From: Scenedesmus sp. PABB004
Lineage: Eukaryota
Assembly (NCBI GenBank): GCA_014905635.1
Contig: JABVCE010000002.1
Location: 2,480,001-2,544,000 of the forward strand
Reading direction: 5' to 3'
Length of the DNA: 64,000 nucleotides
Shown here: positions 53,216 to 64,000 of the stretch, one piece after another
Position numbering within the stretch: position 1 is the stretch's first letter
Layout: the number at the start of each line of letters is the position of its first letter
Notes under the pieces: model-generated
The model's input: only the letters and a program-made list of their open reading frames with translations
Database searches by the model: none
Told to the model about the DNA's origin: nothing
Translations under genes and position numbers: made by a program

Positions 53216-54673
53216 TCACACAGCAAACGACGCCCACTCCAGCGCGCCTGCAAGCAGCTCGACGCCACCGCCACGCTGCTGCTCCGGCGAGCAGCTGCCC
53301 AAGCTGGTGTCCGACCCCAGCGCCCCCGCCGCCGCACGCGGCGTCTCGGGCGCGCCGCCGGCCCTCGGACGCGGGCGCGGCCGGCCGAGCTCGCGGCGCG
53401 CCGTCGCGTCGGCCCCATGCGAAGCGGCTGCGTCCCTCGCGCCGCCGCCCCCAGCGAGCTGGTGAGCCAGCTGGCCCGCGAGCGCCGCCACCGTCTTGCA
53501 CCGCGCCGCCGCGTGCGTGAGGCACTCGCGCACCTGCTGGTGGTGGCGCAATGCCGGCCGCTGGCGCTGGTGGTCCCGGGCGTCAGTGCCGACCGGCACC
53601 CGCGGCGCCGCTGGCGCGGGCGCCGCGCGCAGCTGCTCAACCGCGGGCAGCAGCCAGTCGCTGAAGCTGGCCGAGCCGGCTGCGCTGCAGCGCGGGTGTT
53701 GCTGAAGCCATGAGCTGAAGCTGGGCGGAGCGTCGTCCGCGCAGGGCGGCCGTGCATGCGCGCCCGCGCCGCCCGCCACGGCCACGGCGGCGCCGCGCTC
53801 TGACGGCGATGCGTGCAGGCCGGGCGCCGCGAGCGCCGGCCCCGGCGCCCACGCGTCGCCGCCGGTGACGAGCGCGGGGGAGGGCGCGAGGCTCGCCAGC
53901 AGGTCCACCTCGAGCAGGACGTCGATCAGCTCCAGAAGGGTCGCGTCCGCCACGCCCTCGCCCGCCGCCGCCACCGCGGCGGCCATGCCCGCCGCGGCGG
54001 ACGCCGCGCTCGCGAGCGCCGCCGCCGCGGTCGCGGCGCCCGCGTCCGGCGGCGGCGCCGGGCGGCCGGGCGCCCGCATGCTCAGCGACCGGCGTGGCAG
54101 CGAGCGCGGCGGCCGCCGAAGCGGCAGCTGCTGCTCCAGCCCCACCGCGTTGGCGGCCAGGGCCGGCAGCGGCTGGCTGAGCGCGCCGCCCGGCCCGCTG
54201 GCGCCGCCCAGCGCCACGCGTGGCAGCGGGCTGCTCTTGGCGTCGGGCGCCGCGCCCGCTGCGCCTGCCGGCGGCTGCTCGAGTCGAGCAGCTTTCAGCC
54301 TCGGCTCCCAACCCGCCAGCAGGCCTGGCACCTCCGCGTCCCGCTCCGGGCACGGCTGCCGCCGCGCCGCCAGCTGACCCATGAGCTTGCGCTGCTGGTC
54401 CCGCACCTCCGCCAGCAGTCCGTCGAACTCGCGCTCCGCGGCCAGCCGCAGCTGGGCGCAGTCCTTGCCGCGGCCGGGAAGCTGCAGCAGCCAGCGGCGC
54501 TGCTCGTCCTGGCACGCGTCGTCGGGGCCGAGAGGCACGCCGAGTCTGGCCGCGCCGTCGCCGGCAGCAGCAGCAGCGGCGGCCGCGGGTGCCGACGGCG
54601 CGGCGTGTTCGGGGGCCGCAGCCTCCGTCAAGGTGGGAGGCGGGCCAATGGCGGAGCTGGGCGGGAGAGCCAT
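53216..54673 (-). CDS. Hypothetical protein, apparently intronless (start at 54673, or 54868)
   Basis: 550-aa ORF with protein-like helical stretches (QLRLAAEREFDGLLAEVRDQQRKLMGQL; ATLLELIDVLLEVDLL); no family recognised. Confidence 0.5.
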   Translation of the reverse strand: MALPPSSAIGPPPTLTEAAAPEHAAPSAPAAAAAAAAGDGAARLGVPLGPDDACQDEQRRWLLQLPGRGKDCAQLRLAAEREFDGLLAEVRDQQRKLMGQLAARRQPCPERDAEVPGLLAGWEPRLKAARLEQPPAGAAGAAPDAKSSPLPRVALGGASGPGGALSQPLPALAANAVGLEQQLPLRRPPRSLPRRSLSMRAPGRPAPPPDAGAATAAAALASAASAAAGMAAAVAAAGEGVADATLLELIDVLLEVDLLASLAPSPALVTGGDAWAPGPALAAPGLHASPSERGAAVAVAGGAGAHARPPCADDAPPSFSSWLQQHPRCSAAGSASFSDWLLPAVEQLRAAPAPAAPRVPVGTDARDHQRQRPALRHHQQVRECLTHAAARCKTVAALAGQLAHQLAGGGGARDAAASHGADATARRELGRPRPRPRAGGAPETPRAAAGALGSDTSLGSCSPEQQRGGGVELLAGALEWASFAV

Positions 54674-55074
54674 CGGGGGCGCCCAGGGCGCGCACTGAGC
54701 CTGGAGCCTACTCGCCAGCCCCAGGCGGGTGCCCAGCGCGGCGCGCAGCGCGCCAGAGGATCCGATGACCGCGCTGCTGACGCTGGGGGCCAGGACGGCG
54801 ACGATAGGCGGCTGCTTCGCGGCGTTCGCGCTCACGCGCAGAGGGCCTGCTGCGGGGCCCCGAAACATGAACCTGGTGTTGCGAAACCGAGCTGCTACAT
54901 CCCTGGGCGACTATTTCTCAGGCGCCGAGCCACAGCCAGCGGCAGCGCAGCAGGCTGCGCGGTCGCCGGCCGACGCCGCCGCCGCAGCGCGCGGCACACT
55001 CGAGTGTGCCGCCGGCGCTGTGCCACACCCACGTCGCGCCGGCGGCGCGCTTGAGCAGCTGGTGAGTTCTCATT

Positions 55075-55559
55075 GGGCGCTCGTTCGGGCCCGCAGCAGG
55101 CCAGAAGGGTCCCACAGCCAGAGCGCACCCCGCGGCGGGGCGTGAGGGCGGCCCGTGCAGCGGCGCGCGCACGCATCGCATGCCGCGCACTACACCCACC
55201 GCGGCACGACAGCCCCCTGCCCCAGCCCTGCCCGCCGGGGCCGCGTGGATGCGATTCCAGCGCAATGCGCCGCCCAGGCGGCCCAGGCGGGGGCGGAACC
55301 GCGGTGTCACCCGGGCTGGTCAACCGGAGGAGCTGCTGTCCCCGGCCCGCGGGTGCTGGGCGAGGCAGGGCCGGCTGACCGGCGCCTCAGGGGCGGCTGA
55401 GGCGGAGCACGCGGCGGCGGCGGCGGACCGCGCACAACGAGTTGACCGCACGCCGCGCCGACGCGTGGCGCCGCACCCCAGCGAGCCGGGCACCGCGCCA
55501 CGGCCAGCCGCGTGCGCCGCGCGCAGCGTCACAGCGGCAGCGCCTTTTGCAGCGCCGCC
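55075..55559 (-). repeat. Inverted repeat B, left arm (about 485 bp): copy of the PEX5 3' end and downstream DNA
   Basis: Reverse complement of 60372-60850 with scattered substitutions and small indels; includes AALQKALPL* of PEX5. Confidence 0.93.
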
Positions 55560-55598
55560 CGTGGTCACGCGCGCGCGCCTCGGCCGCCCGCCAGCGAG

Positions 55599-56065
55599 CT
55601 AGCCCGCGCCCTGCGGCACCGCCTGCGCTGGCTGCGGCGCGGCGCCGGCAGCGGCACCAGCGGCGGCGGCGGCGCCGTCGCCGCCGCCCGCGAGCGCGCC
55701 GCCCGCGAGCGCCCCCGCGAGCTGCTGGTAGGCCACGACGATGCGCTGCACGTTGGCGTTGAGCTCCTTTATCAGCAGCACGTTGCGCTGCAGCGCCTCA
55801 GGCGTGCGCATGCTGCGGGGCGGCAGGGAGGGTCAGCGCGCGGCGGGCAGCGGCGCCCGCGCCCGCGCCCGCGCCCGCGCCGCCGCCGCGGTGGGCCGCG
55901 TGCGCTGCCTGCGCGCCTGTGGTTGTCGTTGATCTGGTTGATGAGCACCGCGTTGCGGTCCAGCAGGTCCTGCACAGCCACAAACTGCTCCGCGCCGGGC
56001 CAGTCGGCGCCGCCGGCGCCGTCGGCCGGCAGCGCCGCGCCGCCCGGCTGCGCGCTCGCCGCCAT
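55599..56065 (-). CDS. ELF4-like: ELF4-like (DUF1313) circadian-clock-associated protein
   Basis: FVAVQDLLDRNAVLINQINDNHS^MRTPEALQRNVLLIKELNANVQRIVVAY matches the DUF1313 consensus; GC-AG intron at 55813-55916. Confidence 0.88.
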
Positions 56066-56566
56066 GCGCGGCGGGGGGCCGCGCTGCGGCACGGCCCTTG
56101 AGCCGCGCGATGCCCTGGGGCCTGCCGCGGCCGGCGGCAGCGGCGTGCGGCTCGCGCCGAGAGCAGCAGCAGCGGCAGCGGCAGCGCGTGGCGGCGGCGG
56201 CGGTGCGCGTGCGCCGGGAGCGAGGAAGAAAGCTGTGGAGCGCGTGGCGACAGCAGGGCGCCTCCCGTTTGCTGCCGTGGTTTTCGCGAGCTCTCACCAG
56301 CGTGCGCCGCGCCGCACCGCAGTCCTCCGCACACTCACACCATCCCGGCACGATCGCACCGCCGGGCAGCTCGCTCGCGTTCTAGTGCCGCGCAGAGCAG
56401 CAGGCGCCCGCCTCGCCCGCGCACACAGCAGGCCCAGGCCGCCTCTCGCGCGGCGTCCGAAGGCCCCTGACGACCGGCGCGCACGCCGGGGCGCGCCGGG
56501 CCCGCGGCGCCGCCGCAGCGCGGCAGCAGCAGCGGCAGCGGCGCCGCCGCGCGTGCGGGCGGCGCA

Positions 56567-58518
56567 ATGGCGCTCCGCACGCTCGTCACGGGCAGCGACA
56601 TGTGCAGCGGCTCGGACGGCGCGGGCCCCAGCAACGCCGTGGGCGCGCTGGTGAACCAGCTGCTCGGCGGCGCGGGCAAGGCGCAGGAGCAGCTGCGCGA
56701 CGTGAGCGGCGGCAGCGCGGGCGCGCGGGCCGCGCCGCGTGGCTCGCTCGCGCAGCATGGCCGCTGGGGCACTGACGCACACCCCTCGCGCCGCGGCCGC
56801 GCCGCAGCTGCCGGTGCAGCATGGGCGGCTCCCGCCGCAGGTGCCCTTCTCGCCCGAGGCCGCCGCCGCCGCGGCCGCCGCTGGCGGCGTGGCCGTGCCG
56901 GGCGTGGCTGCGCAGTCGGGCTCGGTGCGTGCGCGGCCGCGCGCGCGCGCGCGGAGCAGCGCGCCGTGCGCGCGCTCGCTTCCCGGCCGCGCGCGGGGGC
57001 CGACGCCGCCCCTGCTCTGCCCCTGCTCTGCCGCCGCCGCTGCCCTGCCGCGTGGCGGCGCCCGCAGCTGGCGCACCTCGACGCCTTTTTCCCGGGCAGC
57101 TCCGCGGCGGCGGCGCGGCACTCGGCGGCCGACATGGTCGCCGAGTTTGAGCGCCACCAGCAGGTGCGCCGCGCGGCGGCGCGGCAGCGAGGCGGGCGTC
57201 GGGCGCGCCGGGCCGCGCGCGCGCGAGCCGCCTCGGCCGCGGCCGACGCGCGCGCCGCCGCGCGGCGCAGGCGCTCGGGCTGCCGGGCCAGGCGGTGCCG
57301 CCGGGCGGCATGATGCCGGGGCCGCCGCCGCCGCCGCCCATGCTGGCGGCCGCGCTCAAGGTGAGAGGGCGCCCGCCTGCGCCGGCGGTGGGGCTGGCCG
57401 CCGCGCCGCGCCGAGCGCCGCGCCGCCGGTGCCGCCGCCGCCGCAGGCGTTCCTGGCGGGCGCGCAGCCGGGCACGCTGCCGGGCCTGCCGCCGGGCGCG
57501 GCGCTGTCGCTGCCGGACGCCGTGCGGCTGCGCGACCGCGCGACCATCCTGGCCCGCCAGCTCTACGGCGCCGGGCCGGGCGCACATGTGGCGGACCAGC
57601 AGGTGCGGCGAGCGGCGGCGCCCGCGCTGCCGGCGTGGGCGCGGGCGGGACGCCGTCGCCCCGGCCGCGCACAGTGCGACGCGCGGGGGCGCCCCGCCGC
57701 GCCGCCGCAGGTGGCCGCGCTGCTGGCGTCGCTCGCCATCGACCCGGCCGCGCTGCCGGCGGAGCTCCCGCACCTGGCGGCGCCGCCGGAGTGGGCCGCG
57801 GTGTGGGAGGGCCAGGTCGCGCGGGGGCGGCCGCCGGAGCCGCTCGTGGGGGCCGAGATGGCCGCCGCTGCCGCAGCCGCGGCGGCAGGGCAGGGGCCGG
57901 CGGCGTGGGACCAGGTGTGGCGCGAGCGGCAGCAGGTGCAGCAGCAGCAGCGGCCGCCGTCCACTGGCTGGGCCGACGACTTTGCGGTGCAGCAGCAGCA
58001 GCAGCAGCTGCAGCAGGCGCCCCCGCAGGCGTGGGCCGACGAGTTTGGCGCCAGGAGCGCGGAGGCCGGCCCTGGCGGCTGGGCGGCCGAGTTTGAGGGC
58101 GCGCAGGCGTCGGCGTCGGCGGGCCCCGCCGAGGCGGCGGCTGCCGCCGCCGACGCGCGGGCGACGAGCGGGCGGCTGGCCGACGCGCTCGCTGCGGGCG
58201 GCGACCCCAAGATGCGCAACAGCAAGTTCTTCCAGTTCCTCAGCAAGATGAGCAAGGGGGAGCTCATGTTCGAGGACAACAAGGTGAGGGAAGGACAACC
58301 ACCTCCGCGGGCGGCGGCGCCCGCAGGCGGCCGCCGCGGCGCGCGCTGCGGCGCCGCGCCCGGCCGCCGCGCCGACCGCCGCGCTGACCGGCGCGCCCGC
58401 CCGGCCGCCCTCCTGCGCAGCTGGTCGAGAAGCCCGCGGGCGAGGCGTGGGCGGGCGAGTTTGCCGGCGCGGGCGCCGCGGCGGCGGGCGGCGGCTGGTC
58501 GGCCGAGTTTTCGGCGCA

Positions 58519-58551
<33 letters not shown>

Positions 58552-60402
58552 GCATGGCCCGCCGCCTGCGCGCGACTGGGCGGACGAGTTTGCCGCGGGC
58601 GTCGCCAACATCAACCTGGACGAGGGCGCCAGCGAGGAGCAAATGGAGGCGGCCTGGGCAGCGATGGGTGCGCGGCGCGGCGCGGCGCGGCCAGTCGCAG
58701 CGCGCGCGCGCACCCGCGGTGGCCGCCGCCACACGCGTCCGGCCGCCGCGCCGCGCGCCGCACGCAGGCGGCGCGCCCGGCGCCGGCACGGGCTGGGCCA
58801 ACGAGTTTGTGGAGTCGGCCGAGGAGTCGGCGTACGCCGACTGGGAGGCGCTGTACGCCAAGCACGCGGTGCGCGGCGCGGCGGCGCCGCCGCGGCGCGC
58901 AGGCCGCGGCGCGCGCCGTGCGCCGCGCGCTGCAAACGCGCCGCGCCGCGCGCGGCAGGGCGGCGGCGCGGCGGCGCGCGGCGAGTATGTGTTTGCCGAG
59001 CCCAACCCCTTCCTGGGTGACCCCGCGGCGCTGGCGAAGGGCCGCGACCTCTTCAAGCGCGGCCTGCTCAGCGAGGCGGCCCTGGCGCTCGAGGCGGAGG
59101 TGCGCGGCGGCGCGGCGCGCGCGCGCATGTGCGCGTGCGCGAGCGCGGCGGCGTTGCGCCCCGTGCGGCGCCGCGCAGCTCCTCGGTCTGTGCGGCGCCG
59201 CGCAGCTCCTCGGTCCGTGCGGCGCGCGCGCGCCCGACAGCCAACGGCGGCGGCGCGGCCGCGGCGCGTGCAGGTGCAGGCCAACCCGGGCAACGACGCC
59301 GCGTGGCGGCTGCTGGGCACGGTGCATGCGGAGAACGACGATGACCAGAAGGTGCCGGCGCGGTCGCCCGCCCGGCGCGGTCGCGCGCCGGCGCGCCGCG
59401 CGCAGGCGGCGGCGCGCTCACCCCTGGCCCGCCCCTCGCGGCCGCCCGCAGGCCATCGCCGCGCTGGACAAGGCCCTCGCCGCCAACCCGGAGAGCCTGG
59501 AGGTGCTGCTTGCGCTGGGCGTGAGCCACACCAACGAGCTGGACGCAGGTGCGGCACTGCTGGCCGTGGAGGGCGCCGCGCCCGCCGCCAGCAGCGGGTG
59601 CTGCCGTCGCGCACGGGCGGCGGCCGCGCCGCGCGCTCGAGCGCCCCCGCCCGCCGGCCGCCGCGGCGGCTGCAGGCGAGGCGGTGTCCTACCTCCGCCG
59701 CTGGCTGTGCGCGCACCCGGCCCACCGCGATGCCGCGGCCGCCGCGGGCCCGCCGCCGGACAGCAGCCAGGCGCTGAGCCACGCGGTGCGCCTGTTTGAG
59801 GGCGCCGTCGCGGCGGCGCCGCGCGACGCCGACGCGCAGCTGGCGCTGGGCGTGCTGCACCACCTCGCGCGGCGCTACGACGCGGCGATCGCCTCGTTCC
59901 AGCGCGCGCTGGAGCTGCGCCCGGGCGACTACAGGCGCGGCGCGGCGCGGCGCGGCGCGCCGGGCCGCGCACGCGCCGCGCCTGCCCGGCCCGCGGCAGC
60001 GCCCGCGCGCGGGGCGCCCCGTCGCCGCCGCGCCCCGAGCCCCTCCGCCCCGCCCCGCCCCTCGCGCCGCCGCGCCGCGGCGCGCGCAGCCTGTGGAACA
60101 AGCTCGGCGCGACGCTAGCCAACCACAGCCACAGCGGGCAGGCGGTCGCGGCGTACCGCAAGGCGCTGGAGGCCAAGCCCAACTACATGCGCGCGTGGAC
60201 CAACATGGGCATCAGCTACGCCAACCTCGGGGACTACGCTGCGAGCGGGGCCTACTACGTGCGCGCGCTCGCGCTGAACCCCGGCGCGGACCACGTGTGG
60301 GCGTACCTGCGCACGAGCCTCGCGTGCGCGGGCCAGGCGGAGCTGCTGCCCGCGGTCGAGGCGCGCGACCTGGCGGCGCTGCAAAAGGCGCTGCCGCTGT
60401 GA
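56567..60402 (+). CDS. PEX5: Peroxisomal PTS1 receptor PEX5
   Basis: N-terminal conserved Cys (LVTGSDMC..GPSNA), at least 7 WxxxF motifs (WADDF, WADEF, WAAEF, WAGEF, WSAEF, WADEF, WANEF), PEX7-binding-type NSKFFQFLSKMSKGE, YVFAEPNPF, and TPRs (AWRLLGTVHAENDDD, LGVSHTNE, LWNKLGATLAN, KPNYMRAWTNMGISYANLG). Confidence 0.96.
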
Positions 60403-60850
60403 CGCTGCGCGCGGCGCACGCGGCTGGCCGTGGCGCGGCGCCCGGCTCGCTGGGGCGCCGCGTCGGCGCGGCGTGCGGTCAACTCGTTGCGCGCGGTCGC
60501 CGCCGCCGCCGCGTGCTCCGCCTCAGTCGCCCCTGAGGCGCCGGTCAGCCGGCCCTGCCTCGCCCAGCACCGCGGGCTGGGGACAGCAGCTGCTCCGGTT
60601 GACCAGCCCGGGTGACACCGCGGTTCCGCCCTCGCCTGGGCCGCCTGGGCGGCGCATTGCGCTGGAATCGCATCCACGCGGCCCCGGCGGGCAGGGCTGG
60701 GGCAGGGGGCTGTCGTGCCGCGTGGGTGTAGTGCGCGGCATGCGATGCGTGTGCGCGCGCCGCCCGGCACGGGCCGCCCCCGCGCCCCGCCGCGGGGTGC
60801 GCTCTGGCTGTGGGACCCTTCTGGCCTGCTGCGGGGCGGAACGAGCGCCC
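60372..60850 (+). repeat. Inverted repeat B, right arm (about 479 bp)
   Basis: Partner of 55075-55559; spans the PEX5 stop and ends 230 bp before the ATG of HLA3-like copy 2. Confidence 0.93.
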
Positions 60851-61079
60851 TTTGCGAAGCCACCATCGTAGAGAACGACCCTCCCACGAGCCTTCAACTT
60901 CCACTGTTGGAGCGCGCTCCCCGCAGCTACATGAGCCAGCGCGGGACCATCCCTCCCACCAACTCTCGCTCGGTCGATTCACAGTTGGCGCACGCGACGC
61001 CCAGGCGGCCCGCACGCCGCACCGCAGGCCCGCAAACACCCCACCACCCCGCCTCGCGCGCAGCAGCGCTCGCGCAGCC

Positions 61080-64000
61080 ATGGGGGGCGCCGGCTGCCCC
61101 GATGCCGCCACGAGCGGCTTCTTCAACAAGCTGAGCTTCGGCTGGATGAACAGCGTCGTCAAGAAGGCGCGCACCGGCGACGTGGACGTGCACGAGCTCC
61201 CCCTGCCCACCGCGCAGACCGCGGACGTCGCGTTCGATGAGTTCCAGCAGAACTGGGAGGCCGCCGGCAAGGCCGGCAGCCCCAGCCTGAAGCGCGTGCT
61301 CTGGCGCACCTTCGGCAAGGACCTCATGGTCGCCGGCCTCTTCAAGCTCCTCTGGTCGCTCTGGTGAGCCCCGCGGCGCGTGCGCCGGCCGCGGGGCGCA
61401 GCGCCGGCCGCGAGGTCGGTCAGCGGCGGGCTCCTAAAGCGCACTCGCGCTGCCCCGCCGCCCGCAGCGTCATCATGGGCGCCTTCTTCTTCGTGCGCTC
61501 CCTGCTCACGTTCGTCAACAACAAGGCGCCGTTCGCGGGCAACACCAACGGCTGGATCCTCACCGTCTTCTTCTTCGTCGATGCCTGGCTCCTCGGTGAG
61601 CCCCCCGCGCCGGACGCGCGCCGCTCGGCCGCGCGACAGGCGCGCCCCCGTCCCCTGGGACCGCGGTCAGCTGCGCAGGCCCGCGGGCGGCTCCGGCGCG
61701 GCGCGGGCGGCTCCGGCGCGGCGCGGGCGGCGCCGCCCGGCGCTCGCCTGCGCACCCGCCAGCCCGCGCTGCGCGCCCGGCAGCGCGCCGGGCCGGGACC
61801 AGCGCGCCGAGCGGCCAGCACCACCGCCTGGCGCGCCTGCGCGGCAGCCCGCCAGCCCGCCACCTGCGCGCGCGCGCGCGCGCCGGTTGGCCGCTCACGC
61901 CGCCCGCCGCCCCGCGCGTGCGCGCGCAGGCGTCGCGCTGCAGCGCATGGGCTACGGCTGCATGACGGTCGGCATCCGCGTGCGCGCCGCGCTCTGCAAC
62001 GCCGTCTGCAAGAAGTGCTTCAACATGGCCACCATCGACAAGAACATGGCGTCCGACGCCGTGTCGTTCATGGCGTCCGACATCTCCAAGATCTTCGACG
62101 GCTGCCAGGAGATCCACTACCTGTGGACGGCGCCGATCGAGGCCGGCGCCATCCTCACCATCCTCGCCGTGCTGGTCAGGGTGTACGCCCTGCCCGGCTG
62201 GGGCGTCATCGCCATCGTCCTGCCCGCCCAGTACCTCTTCGGCTGGATGATCATCAAGAACAAGATTGGCAACGCCAAGAACACCCAGGAGCGCGGCGGC
62301 ATCATCCAGGAGATCCTCCCCGCCATGAAGCTGGTCAAGTACTACGCGTGGGAGCAGTTCTTCGAGAAGGAGATCGCGGCCATCCGCAAGCGCGAGCTGA
62401 AGATTCAGTTCAAGAACGCGTGCATCAAGACCGTGAACCTCGCGATGGTCTTCGGCACGCCGCCCATGACCGCGTGCGTCATCTTCGCCAGCTACGAGCT
62501 CATGGTCGGCCGCCTGGACGCCACGCTCGCGTTCACGACGCTCTCGCTGTTCAACATCCTGCGCTTCCCGCTCGTCGTGCTGCCCAAGGCCATGCGCGCG
62601 CTGTCCGAGGCCGTCGCCTCGGTCAACCGCATTGAGGGCTTCCTGCTCGAGCACGTGCCCACCGACGCCGAGGGTGCGCGCAAGTCCACCGGCGCGGGCG
62701 TCAAGATCGTGAGTGCCGCGCCTGCCGCGCGCGCGCCGGGCCTGCGGGCGCTGCCAGCCCCGCGCGCGCGCGCGCGCCCGCGCCCGCCGTGTGCACGCTG
62801 ACCGCCCGCCGCCCGCTGCCGCCGCCTCTCGCCCCGCAGCGCAACGCCCAGTTCAAGCACCACGGCAAGGACAACTTCACGCTCAACGTGCCCGAGTTCA
62901 CCGCAGCCCCCGGCGAGCTGGTGGCGGTGGTCGGCCGCGTCGGCGCGGGCAAGTCCTCCCTCTTCCAGGCCATCCTCGGCAACATGGACCCGGTGCAGGG
63001 CCACGTCGAGACCGGCGGCCGCGTGTCGTTCGTGCCCCAGAACCCCTGGTGCCAGAACCTCACCCTGCGCGAGAACATCCTCTTCGGCCTGCCCTTTGAC
63101 GAGGAGAAGTACGAGCGGGTGAGTAGCCTGGCTGGCGCTGCAGCGCGCGCAGCGGGCCAGCACTGCAGCCGGGCCGCGCGCGCGCGCGCGCACTGGCGCT
63201 GCAGCCGGCCGCCCGCCTGGCTCGGCGGCTGACGCGCCGCCGCGCCCCGCGCCGCTTGCAGGTCATCGTCGACTGCGCGCTCGAGCTGGACCTGCAGATC
63301 CTGCCCAAGGGTGACCAGTCCAAGGCCGGCCTGCGCGGCATCAACCTGTCTGGCGGCCAGCGCCAGCGCCTCAACCTCGCGCGCGCGGCCTACTTCAACG
63401 GCGACCTGGTGCTGCTCGACAACGCCCTCTCCGCCGTCGACCACCACACCGCGCACCACATCTTCAAGAACCTGCTCAAGGACAGCATGTGCGAGAAGGC
63501 GATCGTGCTCATCACCCACCAGGTCGAGTTCCTGCCGCAGTGCGACAAGGTGGCCATCATGGACGAGGGCGACATGATCTACTTTGGACCCTGGAACGCG
63601 CAGGCCCAGCAGCTGCTCAGCAAGGTGCTGCCCACCAGCCACCTGCTCGCCGCCGCCGGCGGCGCGGAGGAGCGGAAGGAGCCCAAGAAGAAGAAGCCCA
63701 GCGGTGCCACCAGCTCGGGCCTCTCCCTCTCGGCCACCAACATCAAGGACAACCTGGGCAAGAAGAAGGAGAAGAACGCCACCAGCCTCACCATGCAGCA
63801 GGCCATCGTCACCTACGCCCTGCACGGCGGCGTCGCCGTCGGCCTCCTCTCCCTGCTCTGGTTCCTCTCGGCGCAGACCACCCGCCAGATCTCGGACTAC
63901 TGGTGCGCAGCGGCGCGCTGCGCTCGGGGCCTCCCTGCCTGCCGCCGCGCTGCCGCCGCGCGCGCGCGCGCGCAACTGCGCGCTGGCTGACCGCCCCGCC
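61080..64000 (+). CDS. HLA3: ABCC/MRP transporter, HLA3-like copy 2 (5' part, runs off the window)
   Basis: MGGAGCPDAATSGFFNKLSFGWMN... paralogous to 40940-46733 through TMD1 and NBD1 to RQISDYW. Confidence 0.88.

Noticed and set aside
55075..60850. Inverted repeats as transposon TIRs carrying PEX5 and ELF4-like
   Set aside because: One arm includes PEX5 coding sequence; no transposase, target-site duplication or TIR-like termini were seen. Treated as a segmental inverted duplication.

Overview
Eukaryotic nuclear DNA, extremely GC-rich and gene-dense, with short GC-rich introns, many GC-AG donors and TGTAA poly(A)-type signals. This points to a chlorophyte green alga (Chlorophyceae, probably Sphaeropleales; inferred). 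Most long ORFs in the supplied track are GC artefacts, so genes were rebuilt by eye across introns; spans run from start codon to stop codon. Family calls rest on remembered motifs, not database searches. About 20 genes are present: the tail of an ABCC transporter, a giant MYND-finger protein, a DA2/GW2-like RING, a plastid-type ABC-F (Uup-like), a three-repeat plus degenerate DEDDy exonuclease protein, a plant-type RING, an amidinotransferase (CtlX-like), an ARA6/RabF1-type Rab5, a coiled-coil protein, a membrane protein, a bacterial-like hypothetical, two HLA3-like ABCC transporters in opposite orientation, a class V PLP enzyme, a DUF6817/TPR protein, a METTL13/EEF1AKMT4-like methyltransferase, an ELF4-like protein and PEX5. 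The most notable structure is repeated local inverted duplication of gene 3' ends (814 bp and about 480 bp pairs), a captured 50-bp exon fragment from 33 kb away, and patchy homogenisation plus an intron presence/absence difference between the HLA3-like paralogs. The exonuclease gene has an Egalitarian/LOTUS-like architecture. No rRNA, tRNA, CRISPR array or recognisable transposase was seen.
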